A stretch of DNA of 63,917 nucleotides, the filler included, from Folioceros fuciformis (taxonomy: Eukaryota), in the NCBI GenBank assembly GCA_049999805.1. It is 14 parts of 14 records of this genome, joined end to end, with 100 filler letters (N's around TTAATTAATTAA, not from the genome) between each part and the next. Parts side by side here need not be neighbours in the genome. Positions count along the whole stretch, not along the records: positions 19,893 to 26,466 come from JBNGIO010003274.1; positions 26,567 to 29,334 come from JBNGIO010003275.1; positions 29,435 to 42,183 come from JBNGIO010003276.1; 11 more parts are not named here. The stretch is one strand, 5' to 3'. The translations under genes and the position numbers were made by a program. Shown here one piece after another: positions 21,601 to 34,115 of the stretch (position 1 is the first letter of the stretch; each line of letters begins with the position of its first letter). The notes below the pieces were generated by a model. It ran no database searches. It was not told where the DNA came from and was given only the letters and a program-made list of their open reading frames with translations.

Positions 21601-24600
21601 CGATTGAGTGATGAGACAATACTGACTCTCATAGAGGTTCTTTTTGTGCCACACATGGCCAAACACCTCCTGTCCTTGAGCAGACTTTTGCAGCTCAAGA
21701 TTTTTGAGCTCACCTCTAAGGATAACTGCTATTGTTTCTTTAGGAAAGCTTCACCAGCCACTTGTGTCTTTAAGGCTAAACCATATCATGATCTATATCG
21801 TCTTGACATCATCTATTTACATGGTCACAAGGACAAGGCATATTCAACAAGTGTAGGCAACCTTACAACCAAGCAGCAATCTGTCCTATGGCATGCCCAT
21901 TTGGGGCATGTTAACAAGACCACAATGGCTGCTATGTCAAAGTCAAACCTTTTTAGGGAACCCTTACCTACTGGTTTGAAGGAACTGCCACTCTGTGAGA
22001 CCTGTGCCCTCGCCAAGTAGAAGGAGAAACCTTTCCCTTCTGCCCCTACTCACAGGTCTTCACAACTTTTAGACCTTGTTCACTCTAACATCTCTGGCCG
22101 TCTCCAAGTTCCTTCACTTGGAGGGGCAGAATATTACTTGACCATTACTGATGTTTATACTCGATATACATGGACCTTTCCCATGAAACGCAAGAATGAA
22201 ACTTTTGGGTTGTTCCAGGACTAGTTACTCCTGGTCCAGCGACAGACATGCCTTCTCCTCGAGATTTTTTTATCTGATAATGGGACAGAGTTTGTCAACC
22301 ACTCGTTCACCAATTACCTGGTAGAACAAGGCATTATCCATCAACTAATAGTCTCTTACACGCAGCAGCAGAAAGGAGTTGCTGAACGTAAAAACCAAAC
22401 AATGAGTATGACTCGAACTATGTTATTATGGGCAGGCTTACCTTCTTCCTATTGGGCTGAAGCTATAGTGACCTCCACGTACATACTGAACAGACTACCC
22501 ACTAGCTCCCTTGCCTCTGCCACACCTTTGAGCTTGTCTGGAAACGGAAACCTAGTCTCCTTCACCTCAGGATTTTTGGATCCAAGGCCTATGCTTATAT
22601 CCCTGCAGATAAGCGCAGGAAGTTAGACAATCATTCTCGCTGCTTAACATTTATTGGTTATAGTGAACATGTGAAAGCATACAAGCTGCTTGATCCAACA
22701 TCACAACAATTGGTTCTTGCAAGAAGCGTCACCTTTGTGGAACCACTTCAACCTGTTGACAAGAAGAGTAGACTCGTCTCAAAACCTATCACTATGATGA
22801 GCTTGACGAACCTGTCGGACTATTTTCCTTCTACCCTGATGATGCTGACCCTGAACCACAAGCGTTAGAAGACATAGCAGATCCACCTCCAGACCCTCTA
22901 GGCGACCTGGATGCTGCTCCTGACCAACAATAGGAGCTTGCCCCGCTGCCAGATGTACTTTATGATGATCATGACCAAGCACGGGAGGAACAACAAAAAC
23001 TTCTTGAAGAGGCTGGCCAACCTACAGATGAAGATGTCGGGCATGAGGTTGTTGACATCCCTCATCCTATGGCTATGGCCCCTCTTGTGGATGAAGATGC
23101 TGGTCCACGATGATCAGCTCGCCACAAACCTCCACCTTCATAGTGGAAGGAACCAAGATACTAGTCTGTTGATTTCCGCCATCATGCAGGAGCTGTTACA
23201 TCTTCCCCTTCTGTTCCAGCAGAGCCAATTAGCCTTACAAAAGCTTTCAATGGACCAAACAAGGAGAAAGGGAAAATTGCAGTAGACGACAAGTATAACA
23301 GCTTGATCAAAAACGGAACTTGGAAGCTGGTTCCTAGGCATGCCAATAGAAAACCTATTACTTGTATTTTGGGTGTTCAAACACAAACTCAATGCAGAGG
23401 GAAAAATAGCAAGGTACAAAGCACGTTTGTGTGCTCGGGGTTTCACACAAATTGCTGGCTTGGACTATCAGGAGACATTCTCTCCTGTTGTTCGTGCTCA
23501 ATCCCTTAGGCTGATATTTTCCCTAGTAGCTGAGTATGATCTGGAACTGCAGCAGATGGATGTCTGCACTGCTTTCCTCCATGGCATCCTCAAGGAAGAG
23601 CTATATATGGAACAGCCTGAAGGATATGCCGATCCTGCAGATCTCGATTACGTGTGTCAGTTAATCAAATGCTTATATGGGTTGAAGCAAAGTGCAGAAC
23701 ACTAGTATAAGCGTTGTGACAAAGCTCTTAAAGGCCTTGGTTTTTGCCAATGCCAAGTAGATTCAAATGTGTATGTGTTGCAGAAAGGGGATACTTACAT
23801 GATTCTTGCCCTTTATGTAGACGACGTGATACTTGCAACCAATGACACATCCCTGCTCACACACGTTAAGGACATGTTAAGGGAAACATTTGAGATGACA
23901 GACGGTGGAGATCTCCTATTTGCCTTGGTATTCAGGTGTTAAGGGTGTGTTCTGAGAGACTGCTCATAATACACCAACATAAGTACATAACATAGATTCT
24001 GCACAAGTTCAACATGGGCCAGACACATCTTGCAGCTACTCTACGTGCAGTAGGTGCCAAGCTCACAAGATATGAATGTGCCACAACTGAAGCTGACCAG
24101 CTAGACATGCAGGACGTTCCATATCGTCATGCTGTGGGTAGTCTAATTTTTGTTAGTAACTGGACACGACCCGACATTCAGCATTCAGTCAGCACTATTT
24201 CATAGTTCTTAGAGCATCTTGGCCATGGTGTAAAGAGAATATTTTGATACTTGAAAGGGACGTACCATATAGGCCTATGCTACAGGAGCAGTGGTAAGAG
24301 GTACTTATCTTTGCAAGGGTTCACTGGCACTAACTAGGCTTCTAACAGTGACTCCAAAAAAAGCCACTTCACGGATGCTTTCCTCTTGTCCCAAGCAGCT
24401 GTCAACTGGAGCTACAAGAATCAGACCAGTATAGCCCTATCCAGCACTGAGGATGAATATAAGTCCCTTACCAATGCCACAAAAGAAGTTGAATGGGAGC
24501 ATGCTTTTTTGAAGGATATAGGAGAGACATAGGATGGTCCCACTCACCTCTTTTGTGACAACCAGTCTGTGATCGCCATGGTGGCTAACCCCCGCTTCCA

Positions 24601-25033
24601 TGCATGGACAAAACATATCGAGATCCACCACCACTATGTTAGGGATGCAGCTGAGAGGGGAATCATTAAAATCCTTTATGTGCCTACAGATGGCAACACA
24701 GCTGACATCCTAACAAAGCCCCTGCCCAAAGACAAACATCAAAAACATATGGATGGCCTTGGACTGTTTAATTATAGCTAGTACTTCAATGCACAGTGAG
24801 AGGGGGCCTTACGAGTGTGGACCTAGTCCTCTGATGTTGTTGTTACAGTTGTGCTTTGTTTCCAGCCGCATGGTGTCTCCTGTTTTTGCCTACAGTTATG
24901 AGATAGGGAGGGTTACACGGCAGCAGCGTGCTCATTAGTAGTAGAATGTTAAGCAGCAGTAATAGCAGTATCTTAATACCAGCAACAGGTGGATGATGCT
25001 CCACATTTTGAAACTGACCTGGGTGCTGGATGA

Positions 25034-25378
25034 TCACCTCTCCCTCTCTTGCTTCTCTTTGAGCAGCTGGAGCAACTTCTCTGCTTTGTGAAGTGGTTTG
25101 AGCAAGCAGGCACTCTCTCCCACGTTTGTTGGCAGGACACAGCTCTCCTTCACCCTCACGGGCTTACTCTAGCATAGTTTAACTTCAAGGGAAATCTTCC
25201 ACCCACTGACCGTCACACACGAGCCCATGACATGGCGTTCATCCCACTCCTCAGCCTTCTCGCTTCCTACCTCACATTTGGGAGCCATGGTTGCCACCTG
25301 CAACAGACTGAGGATTTGCACGCAAGTGCAAATAGTTGTAATGAAGGAAGTGTCAGTTGCCGTGATACTTGTAGCCAT
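25034..25378 (-). pseudogene. Antisense accessory ORF (family B), 114 codons with one premature TAG at 25169-25171
   Basis: MATSITATDTSFITTICTCVQILSLLQVATM... continues in the same frame to ESACLLKPLHKAEKLLQLLKEKQERER*, similar to the C-terminus of 52633-52947. Confidence 0.55.
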
Positions 25379-25516
25379 CCCTGGCAGCTCCGGCGCATAG
25401 GTGCGCACTCAATGAAGGTTGTTGGGCATAATTGCATCATCCCCACAACCAGCCGCTGCCCGCTCCTTGTGACTGACCTTTGGATGCCTCCCTAAGCTTG
25501 TACGCTTAAGGGAGGG

Positions 25517-25710
25517 TGTTAGGGCATAAGCTTAACATTGCTTAGGGTTAGGGTTATGTTATAACCAATTAGGGTTTGTATATCCAAAGGGCACTTAGTG
25601 AAGGGTTACTTAGTATATAAGAAGTAACACTTGTTCAATTTGATGTAATGTATTATTCTAAATAGAAATATGCTTCTATTCCCTTGTATGTATATGGATT
25701 TATCCGATCA
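25517..25710 (+). repeat. 194-bp LTR (TG...CA)
   Basis: Near-identical inverted copy at 27755-27951. Confidence 0.92.
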
Positions 25711-26466
25711 AGTCCCACTTGCACAGAACAACCTTTCAACCAGGTGGGAGGTCTACTAACTTCCATGTTTTGTTCTAAAGAAGGGACTTATACTCTGAGT
25801 CTATGGTTGCCTGCCAAAAAGCGCCCTCAGGGCCAGCTAAAGCTTTAGTGTAAGTTAAAGGTTCGCCAAGGGAAGCTGTAACACTAAGGACAATAGTTGG
25901 AGAAAATTCAATAAAGACTGTGTGTGCAGAAAAGGGAGGCTCCTTCCACTCATGCATAGGACGTTGAATTTGGGTAGACTGACAGAGTGGTGAAGTTCTC
26001 TCAACATGATCACTTTCGGCAACAGACGCGGGTATACACTCAGCTGAAGGAACTTATGTGTTAGACAGAGTCAAAGAATCATTGACGTCACAGGGCCCTG
26101 TTGGTGATAGCAACGGCATTGAAGGATACGCTGCATCCAAAACCTTGTCATTCTCCTCATCTGGATGATCGGAAGTTGGAATTGCTCCCGTTGGCTCTTG
26201 AGAAGGAGAAGCATCCTCGTCGTCAAAGATACTGATCTCATTAGTATCCATGAGTGCTGAATCTTCGATGCCTTGTATAGAAGAAGGGAAAGGAGTAGCA
26301 TCCGGAAGCAAAGCTGCAGTATGACGGCAAAGGAGGGCTGCCTCATGGAAAACCACACTTCTAGAGATGATGAGCTGACAAGTGATAGGGTTGAACAACT
26401 TGTAACCCTTCACTTCTTCTGAGTAGCCAACAAAAACATGTCTTGAAGCCTTAGGATCTAATTTAG
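25711..26466 (-). mobile_element. Ty1/copia fragment (post-integrase linker to RT start) that received the preceding element
   Basis: KGYKLFNP...SRSVVFHE, EPLTYTKAL and NKTWKLVDLPPG, cut at the LTR edge. Confidence 0.85.
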
Positions 26467-27002
26467 NNNNNNNNNNNNNNNNNNNNNNNNNNNNNNNNNN
26501 NNNNNNNNNNTTAATTAATTAANNNNNNNNNNNNNNNNNNNNNNNNNNNNNNNNNNNNNNNNNNNNAGTTCCCATCGTTTGAAAAGGAATGGGCACTATA
26601 CTAAGTGTGTTAAGTTGTTGTGCAAGGAGATCGACAAGAGGATCCTGAAGATCTATTTATGAGCTAGAGCTGCTAAGGGACAAGGTATAAGCATCCTCGT
26701 GAGACATAGAAGAACTATCTGTCATGCGTGTGGACAGGAGCCAACAACAGGACTAGCCTACAAGCATTCTAGATGATACTGTTCAAGTCAAAACGAAATG
26801 GTAAGTATGAAACATTGCTCTAGTTGTTAGTTTTCTATTCATAAGTTTTGAAAGAAACCCTAACTAACCAACCATGTGACGGTTGATGTTGGCGAAGTGT
26901 CACGAGAGCAGGAAAGGTGCATTGCCTGGAGGCACCTCTTCCTGCGAACAACCACGACGCTTGGCATCTGGGCTGCCACTGGCTCCTGCTGCAAAAAAAT
27001 GA

Positions 27003-27428
27003 TCACTTTTCTGCGTTTTGCCTTGCAGGATTAGGAAGCAGAGTAGGCAAATACAATGCAACAACAGGTTGCATAGCAGAGATTATTGTGTCCTGGCGAT
27101 TCAAACTGCATATAACTTCTAGCAGATGAGAGAGCTCTTGGGTGAGCATTTCCAGTCGTCTGTTGGTTTCTGTTGAAAAATAATCTATCATGTCGATGAC
27201 TTGTATGTACAACAGTGCCGCATTCAAACCCTGTCTAGCAAGGAGTCTCAACAGAATTTCTTCTGTGTTGGCAAGTCTGTCACTTAGTACTCTATATGCT
27301 CCAATAATCTTAGGTAATCTTGGAGAATTGTCTAGAAATAATGTTGCAATTTCTTGATGCTCTTCTCGTCCTAGATCTATGGGGGTGTAGATAGGGCCGC
27401 CGTCTTCCTCGAGATCTCTGGGAGCAGA
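27003..27428 (-). CDS. Non-Gag sense reading frame in the copia 5' leader (141 open codons; start unresolved)
   Basis: SAPRDLEEDGGPIYTPIDLGREEHQEIATLFLDNSPRLPKIIGAYRVLSDRLANTEEILLRLLARQ...NAEK*. The last 41 aa and the stop are conserved without indels at 19895-20020. Confidence 0.5.
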   Translation of the reverse strand, partial: SAPRDLEEDGGPIYTPIDLGREEHQEIATLFLDNSPRLPKIIGAYRVLSDRLANTEEILLRLLARQGLNAALLYIQVIDMIDYFSTETNRRLEMLTQELSHLLEVICSLNRQDTIISAMQPVVALYLPTLLPNPARQNAEK

Positions 27429-27742
27429 CTAATGCCTGTCTCTGTCATTTGCAAATCTATTCACCCTGTCAGATCGCCCTTGAGAAGCATTTTCCAGGAA
27501 TTAGGAATTTAGGAATTGCTATCATAATTTCCTCAACATTTTTATTGTTATTATTTCTGACAATTGTGTGCAGGAAGAGTACCCTTGGCTTCAGCAGAAA
27601 CTCCCAGTTATATAGAATAACAGTGGGATTTTGCTGAAGTTCCTATTGCTCTTCTTGAACACTAAACATCAGCCTTTAATAAATATACTTCAATTTCCCG
27701 TCATACTTTGGTCATTGCCTTAAGATGGAAATCAAGAGCGGT

Positions 27743-27754
27743 GCTCTGATACCA
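27743..27754 (-). promoter_or_regulatory. Primer binding site, tRNA-iMet (TGGTATCAGAGC)
   Basis: Canonical plant PBS directly following the LTR CA. Confidence 0.92.
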
Positions 27755-27951
27755 TGATCACATAAATCCATACTTTTATATACAAGGGAATAGAAGCATA
27801 TTTCTATTCAAAATAATACATTACATAAATTGAACAAGTGTTACTTCTTATATACTAAGTAACCCTTCACTAAGTGCCCTCTGTATATACGAACCCTATC
27901 TGGTTATAACATAACCCTAACCCTAAGCAAGGTTAAGCTTATGCCCTAACA

Positions 27952-28822
27952 ATCCTCAACAAGGCACTTTAGTTGTACACCAAGAAAAGTACATATTTGA
28001 TGTGTTGCATAAGTACAAGCTCCTGGATGCTAAACCTGCCTTAACCCCTATGGAGGCCGGCAGTAAGCTACTGAAAGAGCAGTCACCTCAAACTGCTTTA
28101 GAGAAAGACCAGAAGATGAGCGTACCGTATTCTCAAGCTATTGGCTCCTTGATCTTTTGCTCTAACCATACGAAACCTGATATCTCCCTTCCACTGGGTA
28201 TGGCCTCTCAATTCTTGAAGGACCCTGAACAGATACATTGGTCAGCAGCAAAACGTATTTTGAGATACCTGAAAGGTACCAGTAAACATGGGAAACACTA
28301 CTCAAAACAAAAGTCATCCAAGGATTTTCTTACACTGACTGGCTATTGTGATGCTGATTGAGCATCAAACCCTGACACAAGAAAGTCGGTGTCGGCCTAT
28401 GTCTTCTTATTAGCTAGTGGCATGGTTACCTGGTCATCTAAGAAACAATCCACAGTATCTCTATCCTCTACAGAGGTAGAATACTCTGCTCTCACTCAAG
28501 CTGCAAAGGAGGGCATATGGTTGAGGAGGTCACTCAAGGATGTGGGACGAAGTAGACTCAACTAATGTTAATTTACTTCGACAATCAATCTACACTTACC
28601 CTGGCTCAGAACCCGGTCTTTCATGCACGGACAAAACATATTGAAGTTCAACACCACTTCATTCGTGATGCAGTCGCTTCACCTCAGATCTGTCTTGAGT
28701 ACATACCAACATATTCTAATGCAACTGACCTGCTCACTAAAGCCCATCCTAAGGTAAAGCACAACCTGTTTAAGGAGATGCTAGGAGTCTTAGGCTATAG
28801 CAGCATTGAAATTTCTGTTTGA
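27952..28822 (+). mobile_element. Ty1/copia RT-RNase H fragment
   Basis: HQEKYI, KRILRYLKGT, GYCDAD and HARTKHIEVQHHF. Confidence 0.92.
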
Positions 28823-29434
28823 GGAGTGACTGACTCTTGTGTGTTACTAGTAGGGTAATTATGCTCTTAGTTCTTAGGGAGTTTCAGATCTAGAGCTTGT
28901 GCCGTCAAAGAACAACGATCTCCTTCTTTCCCCCTTGCTTTTAGTATCCCGAGGTAGTTGGAGTTGAAATCATGTTATGGTTCCTCTTCAGTGTCCTCAT
29001 CTTTCGTTGCATGGGGTATCAATGCTTCCTCATTTGGTCTGTCCCTGGAAACTGCAAGTGACACACACGCACAATTAGTATCTCAGAGTAAGCCCTTTAG
29101 TCCTTCTCTAAACCACAGCAAGAGTGGGAGGCCTTAGAATTCTGAAGTTGCTTACCATAAAAGGATATAAAGTTCCCGCTAGAACCTCCCCACCTATACC
29201 ACTCCTCCCTCTTCATGGCTATTCTTGTCTCAGTACATATATACATCTCTGGAGTTAGAGGGTCGTTTACACTGTCACCATCGGAGGTCAACCTCACCGT
29301 CTTGTTAGGGTGGCCTCTTGGCAAGGAAAAAGTTNNNNNNNNNNNNNNNNNNNNNNNNNNNNNNNNNNNNNNNNNNNNTTAATTAATTAANNNNNNNNNN
29401 NNNNNNNNNNNNNNNNNNNNNNNNNNNNNNNNNN

Positions 29435-30440
29435 GGGATGGGGGCGGCTGCAACCCCTGCCTCTAGCTCTAACTAGGGCATGGCCTCCATGGCCGTTCAT
29501 GCCAGCCAAGCAATCAGCCAGCCTATCGTCAGACCCTGACCCCTGACACTGACATACCCAGATACCCGTTCCCATGTTCAAACCATTATTATATTATTTT
29601 TATTATTTAATATTATTATTTAATCTTTTAATATTGTATATCTTTAATTAATATTAAACTAATCTCCCAACCCTATGGCTTGGTACCGAACCTAAACCTT
29701 CCCAGGTCTGGGACCAAACCTATACCCACTCTTATAACCAAACCAACTATTTCCTGGTCAATTAACCTAATTAACACAAAGAAAAATAGGAAAAATGACC
29801 AGAAAATCAAGGAAAATTAGGGAAAATAAGTTGAAAAAGAAAACCAAACCATACCACTATTAACCCTTTTTTAACCAAAACAAACTACTACCCCAAACTT
29901 TGGAGGCTCACATGCCCCCCTTCTCAGCTGTTTGCGTCCTCGCAAACAACTAACCGTCTCAGGGCTGATAATACTTCTTGACTTGCCAACCATTGACCGT
30001 AGTTGGCAACAAATCACCATCCAATACCCTCAACTGGACAGACCCATTCTCAAACACTTCCTCCACCTTGTAAGGACCCATCCACCTCAGCCTCAGCTTA
30101 CCTGGGAAATCCATGTACCTACTGTCATATAGTAGCACCAGATCGCCCTGTACGATGGTCTCCTTCTTCCTCAACCTACCATCGTGGCGGGTTTTCCTTT
30201 GCTCTTGTATCCTATGTGTCTCCTCCAAGGCTTCTTCTCGGTCCTCCTCGTAGGTGATGAAAGCTTCCAACCTAGCTTCTTGGCTCTCCCTCACCGGTAG
30301 CCTAGCTTCCTCCATGACACGGTGAGTGGGAATCTCAAACTCGATGGGAAGAACAGGCGACATACCATAGGTCAAGTAGTATGGAGTCCTCTTCGTGATG
30401 ATCTTCTCTGTCGTCCTGTAAGCCCAAAGTGCTGAATGCA
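29435..30440 (-). mobile_element. Athila-like Ty3/gypsy 3' end: integrase C-terminus, PPT (29913-29925) and start of the 3' LTR at 29912
   Basis: ALWAYRTT...TPYYLTYG and DSRYMDFPGKLRLRWMGPY; GAGAAGGGGGGCA is followed by TGTGAGCC. Confidence 0.85.
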
Positions 30441-33400
30441 CACACTGGACTGCGACCGACCACCACACAAGGAACGGCTAGGTCTGTAGGGGAGCAAGAG
30501 TGCAATGTGCCGGTAGGACCCTTACAATAGTTGGCAAGCCGGACAACAAGTGTGGAAAGCACCTGTGAGGAGTTGCGCCATGCCCTGTTACTACAGGACC
30601 AACAACTGGGAAAAGTGGAATCGTCGCTGGCCCGGGTCAAATTGCAAGTAGGGGAGGGACAAGCTTGCCTAGAGAGGCAGCTCGAAGGTGTGCTCCAGTC
30701 CTTGGAACAGTCCTTGCCTCCCACGCCTAGTCCACCGGCTCCCCAACCTGGAGGATCTCGTCGTCCTGCGACACCCGTTGAAGGTACACTCAGCTCAAGA
30801 GCAACAACCCGCCCCTGCACACAATGGAGAGATAGGCGGAGGGGTAAGGGTTTCACCTATACCTTCCAGCAGCCGTGAGTTAAGTGTCGAGGAGGGAGAA
30901 ATGAAGAGACTTGCAATCGAGCTTACCCCTGTAGAAAAGGAGAACAAGGAGATTAAGGCCATGGTCAAACGACTACAACTCATGCGATACAAATATTGGG
31001 AGAAGCAAAGAGGCAAAGTGGGCAAAGAATCACCTGGAGGAGATGAACAAATGTTCAAGCCGAAGCCACATTTGGACCAAGAGCTACAACGCAAAATAAA
31101 AACGACCTTGTTCAACAGCCAAGCCAAGGATGCCCAGAGTGAGTACGATTGGCTCAACAAAATGGATAAATACCTTGCTGCGAGTAAGAAGGATGACCTC
31201 CAGAAAATCCAGTTTTGTGTGATGTCGTTGGACGGGTACGCGTATCGTTGGTGGCGGCAGCGGGAGAAACTTGTGGACCTCGGCAAGGAATCTCCATTGT
31301 ATTTGTGGGCAGTGTTCCATCAGCTCTTCTTGGAGAAATTTCTCCTTGTCAATCACAAGAAGGAATTGTACGTTCCACAAAATCTATCAACAAGGCACTA
31401 TACAAGAATACTACGACAAGTTTCTCCAGCTCACCCTTGACATGCCGAGACTTGATGAGGAACAGAAGATCAAAAAGTTTATTGATGGCCTGAAGTTTGA
31501 AATGCGAGCGGACGTCAACCAGACCAACCCTAACACCTTGGGGGAGGCTATGCGCACTGCTATCAACTACGGCACAAACAAATACAAGCACCTCGCACTA
31601 GGAGGCCCTTCCAAGCCCAAGTGGGCTAAGTTAGCTAACACTTCTGAGAAGAAACCCACTTTTAAAATTTTGACAGAGGTACTGAAGACAGAGTACACTA
31701 GCAAGAGAATGTGCTTCACCTGTTGGAGCTTGGATCATGGTTCGAAGAGTTGCCCCTTCCGACAGGACTTCATCGCTTGGTTGAAGGAGACGGGCAGGAC
31801 AACCAGAGAAAGCTCCCCTACCACAGCCCTTGCAAAGACCAATCACTCAGTCATGCTGGCAGAAGTGATGAAGCCAGCATCTGCAGTGACTATCACGTAC
31901 CAGGGGGGTGAAGGATGCAGACAGTCTATGACTTCCTGCTATCTGGAGCATGTTCCCATCAAGTTTGAAGTTGGACTGGAAGGTACGCGTGGGACTGGCT
32001 TAATGGACTCTAGTGCTAGCCACCACTACGTAGCCAAGGCGACTGCGGAGAAGGCAGGCCTGCACATCCATGAATCGAGTCAATATTCCACTGTAGTCAC
32101 AACACTAGATGGCAGAGATACCCACAAGGAACAGTGGACAGAAGTGGAAATCACGTTCCCAGGCGGGTACAAAGAAGTGCTCAAGCTGACAGTGATGCCA
32201 TCCCTGTGTCATGACTTGATAATTGGTAAACCCTGGCTGGCCAGGCATTCAGCAGCGGTAGAAGTGGACTGGCACAATAATGTAGTGACCCTCACCATTA
32301 GACAGCATAGATATGTAATGAGGGGAGAACAATACGTACCTGACAAGCAGCTGTTCGCTGTATCTACGTTCAATAAAGCTACTGCCATGGGCAGATTTCT
32401 GTATGTGGCTAAATTGAAGAGAGTGTTACCCTTGGAGGGCACCCCTGAGTCAAAGGCTGCAGAGGCCAAGGCGCATGACGACAGGCTACCCTCCACCTTT
32501 AAGGCACTCTTGGAGGAGTACGCTAATGTCTTTGCTGAACCTAGTGAGCTGCCTCCACACAGAACTGTAGATCACACCATTGATTTGCTGCCAGGACACA
32601 GGCCAGTCATTATCCAACCCTACCGTACCTCACCAGCAGAAAATGAGGAAATAAAAAAACAGGTGGATGAGTTCCTACAAAAGGGTTTTGTCAAGCCCTC
32701 AGTGTCCCCATTCGGAGCACCTGTCCTCCTTGTGGCCAAACCAGATGGGGGATGGAGGCTTTGTATTGACTACAGGGCCCTGAATAGGGCCACCATCCGG
32801 AATGTGTACCAGATGCCCAGGATAGATGAAATCCTGGATCTGCTCCATGGTGCCAAGCTGTTCACCAAAATCGATCTGAGATCTAGCTTCCACCAAATTC
32901 ACATCAAGGAGGGAGATGAGTACAAGACTGCCTTCCGCACTCGCCATGGGCATTTTGAGTTCAAGGTGATGCCCTTTGGCCTCACCAATGCCCCTGCCAC
33001 TTTCCAGTGCCTCATGCTGTAAATTCTTAGACCCCTGCTAGGGCATGGAGTAGAGGTCTTCTTAGATGATATTCTCATATACACTCGTGACCCAAATACA
33101 CACCACCAGCTGGTCAAGACAGTCCTAGAATTGCTACGCATCAATCAACTCAAGGCTAAGCGGAGCAAATGTGTCTTCATGCGAACAGAGTGTGACTACC
33201 TAGGACACATTATCAGTGCAGCAGGCATCAGTGTGGATCCCAGGAAAATCAAGGCAATCGTGGAGTGGCCTTTACCTCGGGATTTCACACAACTACGGAG
33301 CTTCCTTGGTATGGCAGGGTTTTACCGTCGTTTCATCTAGGACTTCAGGAGGATAGCAGTACCCCTTACAGATGCCCTTTGCTAGTCTGTCAGCCGACCC

Positions 33401-34113
33401 TTGCAACTCGGCCAGGAGGCGGTGCAAGCCTTTGACACCCTCAAGCAAGCCCTCAGCAATGCTCCCGTGCTCACAGTCGCTGACCCACACCAAGCATACA
33501 CCATTCACATGGATGCATCTGATTATGCTATGGGTGCCGTGTTGTCACATAACAACAGGGTCATTGCATATGAATCTAGGAAGTTACAAGGAGCCTAGCT
33601 CAACTATCCTGTCCATGATAAGGAAATGTTAGCGATCACACATGCCCTGAAAATCTGGAGGCATTACCTCCTCGGGCAAAAGGTGACATGCCACATAGAC
33701 CATCATTCGCTGCAACACTTTATCTCACAACCTAACCTCAATGCTAGGCAATGCAGGTGGGCAGAGTATCTTGCTGACTTCAATGTTGAGATCAAGTATG
33801 TTGCAGGCCCTTCCAATGTGGTGGCGGATGCCCTCAGCAGGTGTGCCTACTCCATCCTCACCACCCATTCCAAAACGATCCAGTTAGTCAAGTCAGAAAT
33901 TCCTGCAAACCCTGCTCTTCACCAACTCTACACACAACTCCTTGCTGATGCAGCTGCAGGTACCCCAACAGCCCTCACTCAAGAATACACCCTCAAGGAT
34001 GCTTGCATCTACAAGAAGGGGAGGCTCATGATACCCGCACACTTGAAGGAGTTGAAAATCTCAATCCTTCATGACAGTCACGATTCCCCCATCTCTGGTC
34101 ACCTTGGGATTGA
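30441..34113 (+). mobile_element. Ty3/gypsy gag-pol (Gag, protease, RT, RNase H, integrase start), degenerate, without visible LTRs
   Basis: [14 protein letters not shown] knuckle, [43 protein letters not shown] and HDSPISGHLG. Confidence 0.95.
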
Positions 34114-34115
34114 TT

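Larger units (their letters stand above)
19893..25710 (+). mobile_element. Near-complete decayed Ty1/copia: leader, gag-pol (20434-24781), 3' region, PPT (25508-25516) and 3' LTR
   Basis: Gag, YLDSGAT protease, integrase, RT and RNase H fragments in order with many stops and frameshifts; AAGGGAGGG is followed by TGTTAGGG. Confidence 0.95.
26567..27951 (-). mobile_element. 5' part of a second copy of the 19893-25710 family: 5' LTR (27755-27951), PBS, ~1.15-kb leader and gag start
   Basis: LTR match to 25517-25710; 26567-27130 is the reverse complement of 19893-20463. Confidence 0.92.

Noticed and set aside
20900-24560. TAG stops at Gln positions as U-to-C RNA editing sites or stop-codon reassignment
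   Set aside because: The same elements also carry frameshifts and Trp-derived stops, host genes read normally, and reverse editing is organellar.
25517-27951. Inverted 194-bp repeats as TIRs of a DNA transposon
   Set aside because: They are LTRs of two separate copia copies, one next to a PPT and one next to a PBS, on different contigs.
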